A stretch of 64,000 nt of DNA from Diplonema japonicum (taxonomy: Eukaryota > Protista > Euglenozoa: Diplonemea): the NCBI GenBank assembly GCA_964019335.1, contig OZ025671.1:620763-684762 (forward strand), given 5' to 3'. The position numbers and the translations under genes were made by a program. The notes below the pieces were generated by a model that did no database searches, was not told the DNA's origin, and saw only the letters and a list, made by a program, of their open reading frames with translations. Of this stretch, positions 1-10,180 are shown one piece after another (position 1 is the first letter of the stretch; the number at the start of each line of letters is the position of its first letter).

Positions 1-3000
1 AGGTAGTCCATCTGATCCGAGCAGTTAAACACGTAGCACGCTATTCCCAGGTTACGCGCCAGGTCCTTTGTTGTTTCCGTTTTGCCGGTACCAGCAGGTC
101 CTGCAGGGGCACCGCCCTTAACGAGCCGCAGTGCTTGCGTTAGTGTGATGTAGCATCTGTCGGTGAGTTTCGTGATAACTAAGCACCCGCAGATCCCGAT
201 ATACTCGTAGCCGTTGATGAAGGAAGCGTCACAGATATCAATAACAGAGCCCCTTTTTTCATCCCAGCTGTACCGCAGTTGCGACTGCCATGTGAAGTTG
301 TCTCTGTTCTCTGCTTTCTCATCGATGATCCAGCTCACTACGTCACGAGCATGGACGTCGATAGTGATTAAGTGCACCAGCATGCCTCTCTCGTTCTTCG
401 TCAGCTCTGAGAGGACCAGCTGGATCAAACCACCAATCTGCGTTTGCTGCTGCTTGAAGAAGTCCTTCAGCGAAGTCTCATTCCCGTCCTCCAGCTGAGC
501 GAAGGCTTGCTCGCACTCCTGGGTGAACCATATCCTGCTAGCTACGATGATGGTCTGACACGGATAGCCCCTCTTCATGACCCACTCTACACGGGGCGAC
601 TCCACGTACGTGGTGTGCCCCTCCATGATGGACGCTTTGATTGTCTTAAACATGAGATCCACGCACCCCATGAGCCAGTCCTCTACGGGGCCTTCGCAGT
701 CGAAAGCCTCACATGTCTCAACTGTCTCGCCTTGGATGGAGACTATCTCTATCGCTTTCTTTGAGTCCGGCTGGATGGTGAAGGACTTTGCGGAGTCGAT
801 CATCTTTGACATGTGCTTCATGACGGCCACGGGATCAGAGCCCTTCGATAGGATATCGATGAGGTCTGTGTCGCTTAAGAAGAAGAACCGCGCGAACAGC
901 TTCTTCTTCCCTTCCAGGTACTCTCGCAGTTTTTTCTGGCAGTTTGTGAGCGTCTCGTCAATGGTAGTGAGCAGCGTTTCGAAGTCGTCGTCTCGCTCCA
1001 GCTGCCTCTGCATGATATCCGTGCAGCAGACCTCTATAACAGAGGAATAGTTGTGCGCCTTTGACATCAGCGACCTGTACAGCTCGTCGGCTCCCTGGAA
1101 AGCCCTCGCGTCCTCCTGCAGCTGCTCCCTGATGTCGACGGACTCGATGAAGATGGGGTACAGGTTCTTCCACATCTTTTGCAAATCAATCCACTTTGAC
1201 ATGCACGTCTCGACTGTGCCTAGATTACGCTGCCATTTCGTTACCTGCTCTGCGAACTCCTCCACGAACCTATTGGACTGCATGGCTTGCAAGGCATTCA
1301 GGTGTTCTTCCAGAACTTCGACAATGTCATCGATGGATCCCAGCAGGTAGCAGTTCAGGCCTTCGTCGTAGTGGTAGTCAAACTTTGCCTCACTGCCCCA
1401 ATACGTGACGACACGCTCTAGACCCTTCTCGATCTGTAGCTCCTTCTGTGCCTTCTCGACGATATTAGACACGTCGTCTTCAAACCTGTGCAGCTGCAGG
1501 CTGAGCAGGTCCTGCAGCGAGAAGTCTTCGCTCTCAGGGTCCACGCTGTTCGTGTCGACATTGCAACGTTTCAGAAGCTGTGTCCAGTGCCTTTCGCGCA
1601 TGGCGGGGTTTCGCAGGTTCTCCACCAACGGAAGGGTGACGAGCATAGAGCGTATTTCCTCATCCAATCCGAGGAAGGCACTCGTCGACTTACACTTTAG
1701 TGGCATCGCCTTCATCTGCTTCAGCATGTCCTTCGTCCTCGTGATGAGCTCCTCTGCGTCCATCATCTTGAAGGTCTGCGCCCACCAATCTGTGAACTGG
1801 GACTTAACGTGGCTCACCATGTCCCACAGCTGCTTGAGGAGGACCAGTTCCTGCCGACATTCCTTCAGTTCTGGGAGGTCTGTTGTTTGTTTTTCGAACA
1901 GCTCGAGCAGTTCGTTCAATTCCTTTGCCTTGTCTTCCCTCTCACGCAAGTGTTCGTTCCACGTCACCAGCTCGTGATATGCTTCTTCGACTGTGATTCC
2001 GCTGTAGTGAAAGGGTTTCAGATTCTTGAAGTTTGCCCTGAACTGTGCGACTTCCTCCTCCATGCTGACGGCTCTGTACTTCAGCTTGTCGCCTTGCCGT
2101 TCTTGCCTTGTGTTGTTTTCTTTTCTCACGGCCCTGTACTTCTTGTCCAATTCTTTCCACTGGTCAGGTGCTTCTTTCTTCAAATCTTCCAAAGATTGCA
2201 AGAGTCGGTCATCAACAGCATCCCCGTGCTGCCGTAGGATTTGGATCCCGTTGTTAATGGGTTCAAACATGGCCTTTGTGGAGCCGTCCCGCACTTTGCA
2301 GTCGCGTATGAACTTCAGCACCCTCCGTAGAGCCGACTCGTCATCCTCGACAACTTCCTCGTCGAGTCCTTCGTCTGCCTGCTTGATGAAGTCGTTCAGC
2401 TCGCGCAAGGAATTACCTATCCTGTCAACGATAAAGCCTGTGTAGAGGGCTATCCATTTCCTGCAGTACTCTTTCAGCGACTCTCTGATGGGTTTAGAGT
2501 CTACACGAACCCAGCCCAGCACAGTGCTTGCAGGAAGATCACTCACCGTTTGCAAGATCTTCTCGTAATGCGCTATCTTCTGGTCGAACATCTCAAGCGG
2601 TACACCAAAGAAGTCAACATCGTGCTCCGACATTTCCTGTCCGCCACCGGCAGGACTCTCTGGCTGCGATCTTGTGATGAAGGCTTTAAAGGACTTTTCC
2701 ATGTCGCTGTCCCACAAACTGTGGAAGGCTTTAAACTGCGCTTCGAATTTTTCACACGTGAATGTGTTATATGTCATGAGTTCGTTTATGTCCTTGTGCA
2801 GCGCGATCACCTCGTAGCTGTTGAACACATCGTCGACATAACTATCAGCCTCCCCGTAGAACGCGTCGAGTCGTGTGACGTACTGAGCCGTCTCGATGTA
2901 ATCCCGCACCCAATCGTTCACAACGTCCACAAGGGAGTCCATGCCTTGAGCGGTGCTCAGAGGGGGTACAAACTGCGCTTCGGCATAACGCGACAACGAA

Positions 3001-5843
3001 TCAGGCGACATCAGCACCAGCTTGATGTCGATTAGCGGGATTCCTTCATTCTCCTTCAACCAATCGGTGCTGAGTTGCCTCTTAAGATTTTGCAAGCTAT
3101 GCACAACCGACGCGGTAATGGCCTCGGCAACAATGGAGTTGGCGTGCGCGACGTAGTTGGACCAGCACTCTGTTTCTGCGGTCAATAATGTCAAGCCTTG
3201 CTGTGTCTTCAACCCGTTGATGCACTCCAGCGAGCCTGCCATGTACTCATGTATCTCAGTGCCAATTGTTGTCAGTGCTTGTTGCCTGAGATGTTTGTTG
3301 TCTTGGTACCTTTTAAGGAACTCTTCGAGCAACAGAGTCTTCGACTCTCGCGCATGGACAGGGAGGAACTTGTCCTCAGTTGTGTAGTCAGCCAGCAAGT
3401 TAGTGATGTTCTTGAGGTTCAGCGCTATGTTGTTGAGGACGTCGTTCAAGGCAGTGACGTTGGACATGGTCGACTCGATGAACTCGTCGATGTCGGGCGA
3501 GTTCCAGTTCAGCCTGTTCACACCGCGCATGAGCTCGTCTTCAAACTGCTGCAGTTCGTTCACCAATAGCGGCTTTTCCACATCCAGCATGTGCTCCGTG
3601 AAGTTGTTGTAAGTGGTAACTATTGACTCCAGCTTCAACCGCTGCATTCTGAACTGGTCTTTCCTCTTGTACAGTACAAGTGCATGTGGCGGAATGATGA
3701 ACTTCTCGTCCTGTCCCTCATAGCTGTTCAAAATCTGCAAGTAGTTGATGTCCCGCAGAACCCTCTCAAGCTCGTTGTCAAAGTTCACAGAAATCTTCTT
3801 TTTCTCTTCCAACGTCAGGATATTGAGCTTTAGCTTCTCCATGGACACCTTTCCGACACGCCCTGACCATTTCTCGTAGCAGTCGATAATGAACGTCCGG
3901 ATAGCCGTGCCCAGATTATCGTAAAGTTGCATGGTCTCCGCAGTGATCTCGGTTTGGTTGACGTTCTTCGCCATCTCGCACAGTCTGGGGTAGGGGTCGG
4001 TGATCCTTTCCAGCAATCCCCTTGCCCACACCAGCTGTGCCACGGTCGGTGGCATGGCGTAGTACACTGGCTGCGAGTCTTTATTGGCTCTGAAACACTC
4101 TTGTGCCTCCAGAAGGTCTTGATGGTAGGATTTCAAGACCACTGCTTGCTTTTTGTGCCACTCTTGCTGGATGATGTTCCTCTCGATAAAACCTTCGTAG
4201 GTGTCAACAAGTTTGAACACGCCGCTAAGCGATTTCGTGTCATCTAGTGACAAGGACAGCATCGCCGCTAGGTGCATCTCCATCTGTCGGACACTGTCTC
4301 TGAAGATGGCGAAGGAGCCGTCGAAGCGGTGTTCGTCAACATCCAAGATGCCTGATGGGGGGTACTGCGCAGGCGTGTGGAAGTCTTGGTAGACTGCCAA
4401 GAACTGCTGGTGGATAGAGGCGATATGCGCGCTCTGTTCTGACCCGTGAGTGCCTCCAATCTCAATTTTCTCCAACCTGTTGAACAGCATCACTGTTTCC
4501 AGCACATCCAGCACATCGTGACATCTTTCGAGGAAGGCATCCAGCCTTGAGAACAGTGTTGTATTCTGGAACTTCCAAGGTTTCGGTGGCTTCCCTGACC
4601 CACAACTGTCTCTGGCCGCTTTTGTTTTATAGCTGAAGTATGACGCCTTGAACTGCCCGCACACTAGCAATATGGTGGACAGGCGCTTCACAGCTTCTTC
4701 ACATTCACATGTGAAGAGGTCACTGATGCAGGCATTTTCCTTCGCCGTCGTGATGAGATCGTTGCACACCTCGCGGATCATAACCACCAAACGGACGGGG
4801 GTGTTGTAGTGCTCGGAGTGTGTCCACACGATGAACAGATAGTGGAATAGCTTTGTGAACGTGTTCTCCATCACAAGCTTCGTGAAGGATTCCTCATCAG
4901 TAGCCTGGTTGATGGTGCAGAACACCTCCCGCAGCGGTTCCAAGAACCTAAAATTGTTCGCCGCCTCTGCCGTTGCAACGTGCAGCTCTTGCAGCAGCTC
5001 TTTGTACGACTTGTAGTACGAAGACTGTGCTTCTTCTAGGATAAGGCGGATCTTGATGGCGCATGTTGTATACAACTGTGCTTCGAGGCTCAGCAAGTTA
5101 TCACGTTTAGAGTGCCAAAAAGCCAGCTCATCGAGAGGACCAGGTACGCCGCTCATCAATGTCATTCCCTCAGGCTCGGTCACCATCGCTACCCTGATCT
5201 GCCCCGTCCACTTTACAATGACAGACTCCAGTAGGTAAAGGAGGTCTTTGTCCCTGATGGTGGACTCCAATTTGGCCGGGAACTTGATGGGAGGAAAAGG
5301 AAGAATAGTTCGCCCTTCCGCGAGGCCGTTGGTAACTAGAATGTTTGAAAAATAGGTGTGTGCCGACTCCATCAGCGCAGGCTTCGCAACGCTGCCCACT
5401 TCAGAGATGTTCTCGTGAAAGTTGATGTTCGGGAGGAAGACGTGTGTAGTGTAGTGGTTAAGCGTCTCCAAAGGCTGAGTGCTCATGTCGCCAAATACGA
5501 CCTGTTTGTGCATCAAGCTAAGGTCAAGCTTTGGAATCCGTCCACCTTCCTGGACTTTCATGAAGTACATGATCTTTTTCTTCTGTTTTGTAACTGCCTC
5601 GCATGGGTGCTCTGTTTGCAGAACAACCTGAGAACCCTTTTGGATTGCATACAGTACCGCATGATCTGTGGTGTCGCAGAAGTCCTTCGCAGCAACTGCA
5701 TTATCACTTTCAGGCTCCAATACTTTTTTCAACTCTGGGTGCTTAAGCTTCAACACAGGGCCGATCCTCTTGAGTAGCCACTGGTGGCGCGGGTCGATCG
5801 ATTGCTCATCGTCCTTGCCTTCCGCGCCTCTGCCCTTGCCCAT
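1..5843 (-). CDS. Axonemal dynein heavy chain (outer-arm alpha/beta type), 5' part; runs off the left edge
   Basis: Minus frame starts ATG at 5843 (MGKGRGAEGKDDEQSIDPRHQWLL...). At the window edge it encodes the AAA1 P-loop 'GGAPAGPAGTGKTETTKDLARNLGIACYVFNCSDQMDY', preceded by 'YEYIGICGCLVITKLTDRCYITL' and 'KKKLFARFFFLSD'. It is missing from the ORF track because no stop lies inside the window. Confidence 0.95.
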   Translation of the reverse strand, partial: MGKGRGAEGKDDEQSIDPRHQWLLKRIGPVLKLKHPELKKVLEPESDNAVAAKDFCDTTDHAVLYAIQKGSQVVLQTEHPCEAVTKQKKKIMYFMKVQEGGRIPKLDLSLMHKQVVFGDMSTQPLETLNHYTTHVFLPNINFHENISEVGSVAKPALMESAHTYFSNILVTNGLAEGRTILPFPPIKFPAKLESTIRDKDLLYLLESVIVKWTGQIRVAMVTEPEGMTLMSGVPGPLDELAFWHSKRDNLLSLEAQLYTTCAIKIRLILEEAQSSYYKSYKELLQELHVATAEAANNFRFLEPLREVFCTINQATDEESFTKLVMENTFTKLFHYLFIVWTHSEHYNTPVRLVVMIREVCNDLITTAKENACISDLFTCECEEAVKRLSTILLVCGQFKASYFSYKTKAARDSCGSGKPPKPWKFQNTTLFSRLDAFLERCHDVLDVLETVMLFNRLEKIEIGGTHGSEQSAHIASIHQQFLAVYQDFHTPAQYPPSGILDVDEHRFDGSFAIFRDSVRQMEMHLAAMLSLSLDDTKSLSGVFKLVDTYEGFIERNIIQQEWHKKQAVVLKSYHQDLLEAQECFRANKDSQPVYYAMPPTVAQLVWARGLLERITDPYPRLCEMAKNVNQTEITAETMQLYDNLGTAIRTFIIDCYEKWSGRVGKVSMEKLKLNILTLEEKKKISVNFDNELERVLRDINYLQILNSYEGQDEKFIIPPHALVLYKRKDQFRMQRLKLESIVTTYNNFTEHMLDVEKPLLVNELQQFEDELMRGVNRLNWNSPDIDEFIESTMSNVTALNDVLNNIALNLKNITNLLADYTTEDKFLPVHARESKTLLLEEFLKRYQDNKHLRQQALTTIGTEIHEYMAGSLECINGLKTQQGLTLLTAETECWSNYVAHANSIVAEAITASVVHSLQNLKRQLSTDWLKENEGIPLIDIKLVLMSPDSLSRYAEAQFVPPLSTAQGMDSLVDVVNDWVRDYIETAQYVTRLDAFYGEADSYVDDVFNSYEVIALHKDINELMTYNTFTCEKFEAQFKAFHSLWDSDMEKSFKAFITRSQPESPAGGGQEMSEHDVDFFGVPLEMFDQKIAHYEKILQTVSDLPASTVLGWVRVDSKPIRESLKEYCRKWIALYTGFIVDRIGNSLRELNDFIKQADEGLDEEVVEDDESALRRVLKFIRDCKVRDGSTKAMFEPINNGIQILRQHGDAVDDRLLQSLEDLKKEAPDQWKELDKKYRAVRKENNTRQERQGDKLKYRAVSMEEEVAQFRANFKNLKPFHYSGITVEEAYHELVTWNEHLREREDKAKELNELLELFEKQTTDLPELKECRQELVLLKQLWDMVSHVKSQFTDWWAQTFKMMDAEELITRTKDMLKQMKAMPLKCKSTSAFLGLDEEIRSMLVTLPLVENLRNPAMRERHWTQLLKRCNVDTNSVDPESEDFSLQDLLSLQLHRFEDDVSNIVEKAQKELQIEKGLERVVTYWGSEAKFDYHYDEGLNCYLLGSIDDIVEVLEEHLNALQAMQSNRFVEEFAEQVTKWQRNLGTVETCMSKWIDLQKMWKNLYPIFIESVDIREQLQEDARAFQGADELYRSLMSKAHNYSSVIEVCCTDIMQRQLERDDDFETLLTTIDETLTNCQKKLREYLEGKKKLFARFFFLSDTDLIDILSKGSDPVAVMKHMSKMIDSAKSFTIQPDSKKAIEIVSIQGETVETCEAFDCEGPVEDWLMGCVDLMFKTIKASIMEGHTTYVESPRVEWVMKRGYPCQTIIVASRIWFTQECEQAFAQLEDGNETSLKDFFKQQQTQIGGLIQLVLSELTKNERGMLVHLITIDVHARDVVSWIIDEKAENRDNFTWQSQLRYSWDEKRGSVIDICDASFINGYEYIGICGCLVITKLTDRCYITLTQALRLVKGGAPAGPAGTGKTETTKDLARNLGIACYVFNCSDQMDY

Positions 5844-6299
5844 TACTCATGTATGCTGTGTGGCGGTTAAGAAGTTGGCAGAGAAAAACAATTCAAAAAA
5901 CTCCATATTCAAAAAAAAGTTGATCAAACCAGTATGGCTCATACATGTTCGCCTTTTTTCATTCAAAAAGTACTATCCAGAGAGGCCGTTGCTCTACTTT
6001 GCCAGGGTTTTGAAAGTTTAATGTGCTATTTTACAAACTGCAACAAAAGAAGTTAACGGAACATGCGAATCGTTCAACATCACCGACGCAGTGTTTGCAT
6101 TAGCTTTGATTGCGGGTCAGGCCATTCAAAAGAAAATCAATAACCTAAAGGGCGGGAGCCTACTTTTGGTACCCCTTCCCATTTTTACTAGTCGACAACA
6201 CTAGATTAGATTAGACTACATTTCCTTTTTTTTCAATTCCAAGAGATTAGGTGTGCAAGAACAAACAAAAAAAACCACACAAAAAAAAAATTGATAATT

Positions 6300-6615
6300 T
6301 ATATACGAGTTAAAGGAAGCCAGTGTGGGTGGTGCCCTGCACAAGCATTGTCTACTTGATTACAGGGGGCGCACCTCGGCCGAGCTGTTGCTTTTCTGCA
6401 TTCCGCGTCGTCCTCAATGCTATGTACAGCTCAACCCCAGCCAGGGCGCCCCGGGTAACCAAGATTCTGCGCTCGTGCAGTTTGTTGTTGTTGCCTGTTC
6501 GCTACCCTGAGCATCTGCAATGCGCTACCGGTGATGACCGACGAGGAGGTCAACAGCGAACAACACATCTGATGTACTTATATTTCCACCCGGGAAAAAG
6601 AAAAAAAAAATAAAA
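6300..6615. repeat. Single dispersed copy of a ~290 bp repeat family (SINE/short-retroposon-like, A-rich tail); related copies at 50.0-52.6 kb
   Basis: Blocks 'gagttaaagga.gc..gtgt...ccctgcacaag...tgtctacttgattacagggggcgcacc' and 'gaggtcaacagc.aacaacacatctgatgtactt' recur at 50164ff, 50740ff, 50895ff, 52011ff and 52140ff. An A-rich tract follows at 6594-6616. Confidence 0.8.
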
Positions 6616-6896
6616 ACGTCTGCCCCTTAAAATAACATGAAGACCTGAGCACATGGCGTATTTGACTTTGCTCTGAAGACTCGAGATTCGATCACAACAA
6701 AATATGGAAGTGTAAATGTTTAGAGTAAGGAAGAACGGAAAGCTATTTTTGTTCACTGACTTTGCTCGTGCTATCTACAGACTGCACCCTAGAAAGGGGG
6801 ACTGACCAGTGCAACTGTCCTGCAGGGGAAGGGTAGTACAAGGTGAAGAAGGGGAAGACTGGAGTTCTAATGTGTGCAAAAGTAAACAGCTGAAGC

Positions 6897-8936
6897 TCAC
6901 ATCTTGTCGTGTATCCCCGAGCCCTTGTTAGCGCCGCTGATCCATGACTCTCTGTTCTCATGACAATGCTGCACTGCGAACTCGAAGTCAGGGAGCAGTT
7001 CTGCAATCGACTCGAACAAAGGGATGACAATGAAGTTGATGAACGAGATCTGCCCCTTCGAAAAGTCTGTCGAGTCCTTCCGGCGGTCCATGAAGGGCGA
7101 GACAGGGAGCTTCACCATCTGCTCCACGTCGCCCTGCACGTAGAACTCATCAGCAATATTGCGCGCCCATTTCAAGTATAAGAAGGCTGGCCTCCCACAG
7201 TTGGAAATATCAGCAGTCTTGATCGCCATCATCATTGCGAGCCTCGCGTCCTCCCTCTTCGACACCCAGTCATCGCTCTCGTTGAGCCGCCTTCTGAACG
7301 AGCTGAACAGTTTCGCGTGGTTCCCCATGTCAGTTGACAGCACAAGCTCGATGATGGTCTCCCTCACCTCCCTTTTCTGATCTTCGCTCAACGTTCCAAG
7401 GATGTCCAGCTTCGGGTTGAACATCATCTCGAACACACAGGCACAGTGGTGGTTCTCAAGGATGCTCTTGTCGCTGTACAGCGTAGCTAAATACGCAGTT
7501 GTTCTTGTGTGGAAGTTGTTATTGAAGCCAGGGTGGTCGTAGTCATGAATGGCGGCCGCCAGCAACACAGCAAGCTTGTCTTCCATAGATAGCTGCGCAA
7601 GCTTAGCGAGGCCTGCAGGGCTCAGTAAGAAGTGCGTGATGTGCAATACATCTGCTGCGTGCACTGAGTTGTGGTACGAGTTCGGTCTGTAGCCTGACTG
7701 CACCGCAATCAGAAACCGTATCAAGACGTCCTTCGGGATCGCAAAGTGGTCCATCAAGCCGTACTTGTGGAACAGCGCATAGGCAGTATGGAACAGGGAG
7801 GACCCCTTTGTAGCAGTGTCCAAGGCAAACACGCTGAAGTCCCACTTGTCTATTTTCTGCAGAACTTCCATCAACTCATTAAGGTCGACCCCGTCCCTGT
7901 TATTGGGCTCATTTGGAATACTCACACTCTCTGCATCTCTGTCGTACTTTGCTTCTATCAAGCTCAGTGCCATTGGGTCTGGTTGTATCTCGCAGGGCTC
8001 ATGCGATATGGCGTGTGCAATGTGTCCCGTGAAGGTGCGTGCGCCACCTATGGTGTACAGCTGGTCTAAGTGATTTGAGGTGTCAGATTGCATTCTTTGT
8101 AGCTTTCTCATTGCCCTGTCCAGCCTGATCTTCAAATCATTGCTTTCCTGCTGCTCTTTCGAGAGCCTCTCTTCAAGCTCTTTCGACTGGCGCAAGTTTT
8201 GCTCCAACTGTTCCCTGTTATGGAACAATGTCCCTTCTACCTTCCAATACTTCGCCTCCACACCATCAGGTTTCTTTGGTCCATCGTGTACTTGTTTTGC
8301 GAAAAACCTTGTAAAAGGTTCCATGAAGTACTGATGCGTGATGCTGAACCCGTTGCCTATCCTGTTCAGTTCTAAGTTGAACTGCTGGTGTTTGGGCTCC
8401 TTCGTGTTCGTGAGCGGTGTCTCAAGTTGGATTTTGGCACCGAATCTTTTTACTTTCGGATGGCCGCGAGCAAAAGCGTTGTTAAGAGCTCTAAAGAAAG
8501 ACATCCAGGAGTGTTTTAGAGCATTCTCTGCCTTGTAGGTATGCAACTCAGAGTCTGAGAAGGCTATTGCATGCACTGTACCTTCGGGCTCCCTCACGGC
8601 AATGGTGAGGCCTTTCAAATCTGTGATGTGTGAGAAAGCCGAAATATAGTATGTCCCTGGCAGCGCGTTGCCATCACCGTCCTTGGCGTCCTTCGCCTCG
8701 CTGACCAAGGGAACGGGAAAGTACTTCGCCTTCCCTGGCATTTCCCCGTCTTCACTCGTTCTCCTGTTCTTCTTGCTGTGCGTTTTGCTTTCCTCCTCAT
8801 CTCCCTTTGTAGGGTTATCTTTCTTCCTCTTCTCCTTGCGGGTCCTATTGTGTTCACTGACCGAAGGCTCTGTTGGCACCACCGCCTGCCCAAACTCAAC
8901 CTCTTCTTGGCTGGTTTTGGAGGCACCGCATCCCAT
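6897..8936 (-). CDS. Class I cyclic-nucleotide phosphodiesterase with N-terminal acylation motif and coiled coil
   Basis: PDEase_I motifs 'YHNSVHAADV', 'AAAIHDYDHPGFNN', 'LENHH', 'STDMGNH', 'KTADISN', 'EFYVQGD', 'GQISFINFIV'. The N-terminus MGCGAS is a myristoylation/palmitoylation-type motif. Confidence 0.95.
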   Translation of the reverse strand: MGCGASKTSQEEVEFGQAVVPTEPSVSEHNRTRKEKRKKDNPTKGDEEESKTHSKKNRRTSEDGEMPGKAKYFPVPLVSEAKDAKDGDGNALPGTYYISAFSHITDLKGLTIAVREPEGTVHAIAFSDSELHTYKAENALKHSWMSFFRALNNAFARGHPKVKRFGAKIQLETPLTNTKEPKHQQFNLELNRIGNGFSITHQYFMEPFTRFFAKQVHDGPKKPDGVEAKYWKVEGTLFHNREQLEQNLRQSKELEERLSKEQQESNDLKIRLDRAMRKLQRMQSDTSNHLDQLYTIGGARTFTGHIAHAISHEPCEIQPDPMALSLIEAKYDRDAESVSIPNEPNNRDGVDLNELMEVLQKIDKWDFSVFALDTATKGSSLFHTAYALFHKYGLMDHFAIPKDVLIRFLIAVQSGYRPNSYHNSVHAADVLHITHFLLSPAGLAKLAQLSMEDKLAVLLAAAIHDYDHPGFNNNFHTRTTAYLATLYSDKSILENHHCACVFEMMFNPKLDILGTLSEDQKREVRETIIELVLSTDMGNHAKLFSSFRRRLNESDDWVSKREDARLAMMMAIKTADISNCGRPAFLYLKWARNIADEFYVQGDVEQMVKLPVSPFMDRRKDSTDFSKGQISFINFIVIPLFESIAELLPDFEFAVQHCHENRESWISGANKGSGIHDKM

Positions 8937-9130
8937 TGTTATGACCTGTAGAAATGAATGCCTCAGGGCAGGAAGAGTTTCCGCAAACTAGGCCGTACTG
9001 GTTTGGCCTCGCAAATGGAAACAAACAAAATTGGAACAAGGGATGTATGTCTTCACAGCCCCAGGCACAGAACGCACCCATGGGTTAACACACATGGCAA
9101 GCAATTGAGTGAAACTTGACTACAGTATTT

Positions 9131-9999
9131 TTACGCCTTGGGATCTTCGCTAACTATTGTTTCTTCAGTTTTCTTTTCCTCATCCTGGGGGAAGCTAGAT
9201 GCACAGAATTCACCTCTCAAGATGGGTGAAAGCTGCAGTTGGGTTAACCTGCCTTCAATGTCCCCGTTCAAGTATTCCTCTAGCAAGGAGTTGGTGATGA
9301 TCGCTTTGTCGGGAATCCTGGCGTCGCCCGAGAAGGCTGAGTCTTCATTGAAGTATAATGCATCCAACAAGTGGGAAACCTGCCCCATGGTGAGGGAGCC
9401 TTTCTCTTCTACATCGAAGCATGAGAAGATTTGCAAGTGGTAGAAAGACATCCGTCCCTGCGAATCCTCAATGACCTTCTTCCACATGTCCCAGAACCCC
9501 TCCCATTCCATGCACTCTGCGCGGCCATATCTCTTCAGCAGCAACTTTGAAGCACGTTGCTGTATCTCAGTCGGCGTACCTGTAATGCCCTCCAGCCCGA
9601 AGTACAGCTCCGGCATGTCCTCGACCATGCTACACACGTCTTTCGCATCTAAGTAGTTCTTGCTGTTGGTGTACTCAGTGAACTTCTGGAGTGCCTTATT
9701 CCGCTGTGGTGTGTAAGTGAAGTGGTAATGCAGCACACCTCGTCACTGTCATTCGAGATCCCCACCGCCTCCTGTGCCAATGTTTGGCTTGTCTCCACCG
9801 CTGACGACCCAACAGAGCGTAAGCTTCCCCCTGCTTTTGCCACCTTCGAAATACCGCTCACCTGTCAATAGAATAAGTTGAACTCTTCCCACGATACCTT
9901 CCCAATGCCTCCCACAGTGGTTCCCACAACCCACAGTGCCGCACCGATCACACCGACAGGTGCTGCAGCGGTCGCCTTTGCTACTTTGTCGAGGACCAT
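9131..9999 (-). CDS. EF-hand-like protein, 3 exons (introns 9862-9897, 9704-9738)
   Basis: ATG at 9999 (MVLDKVAKATAAAPVGVIG...). Two phase-0 GT-AG mini-introns join three ORF pieces in frame. EF-like loop 'FSCFDVEEKGSLTMGQV'. Confidence 0.7.
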
Positions 10000-10180
10000 C
10001 TTACCTGTGATGAGACTGAAGGTCTTAGTAAGTGACAATGACTATATCTTGCTACTAGGGTGCTATATAAATAGCAACTATTCAAATGAACTAAACTGTC
10101 GAACTGTCACGCACTGTACTTTTGTGTCACCTCGCCTGCCGACCTTTGCGACGGGCTGTCTTCATATTGTTTATAATTTT

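Noticed and set aside
214-5777. Many plus-strand ORFs over the first 5.8 kb (and similar ones opposite other genes)
   Set aside because: Antisense to the dynein heavy chain and other real minus-strand genes.
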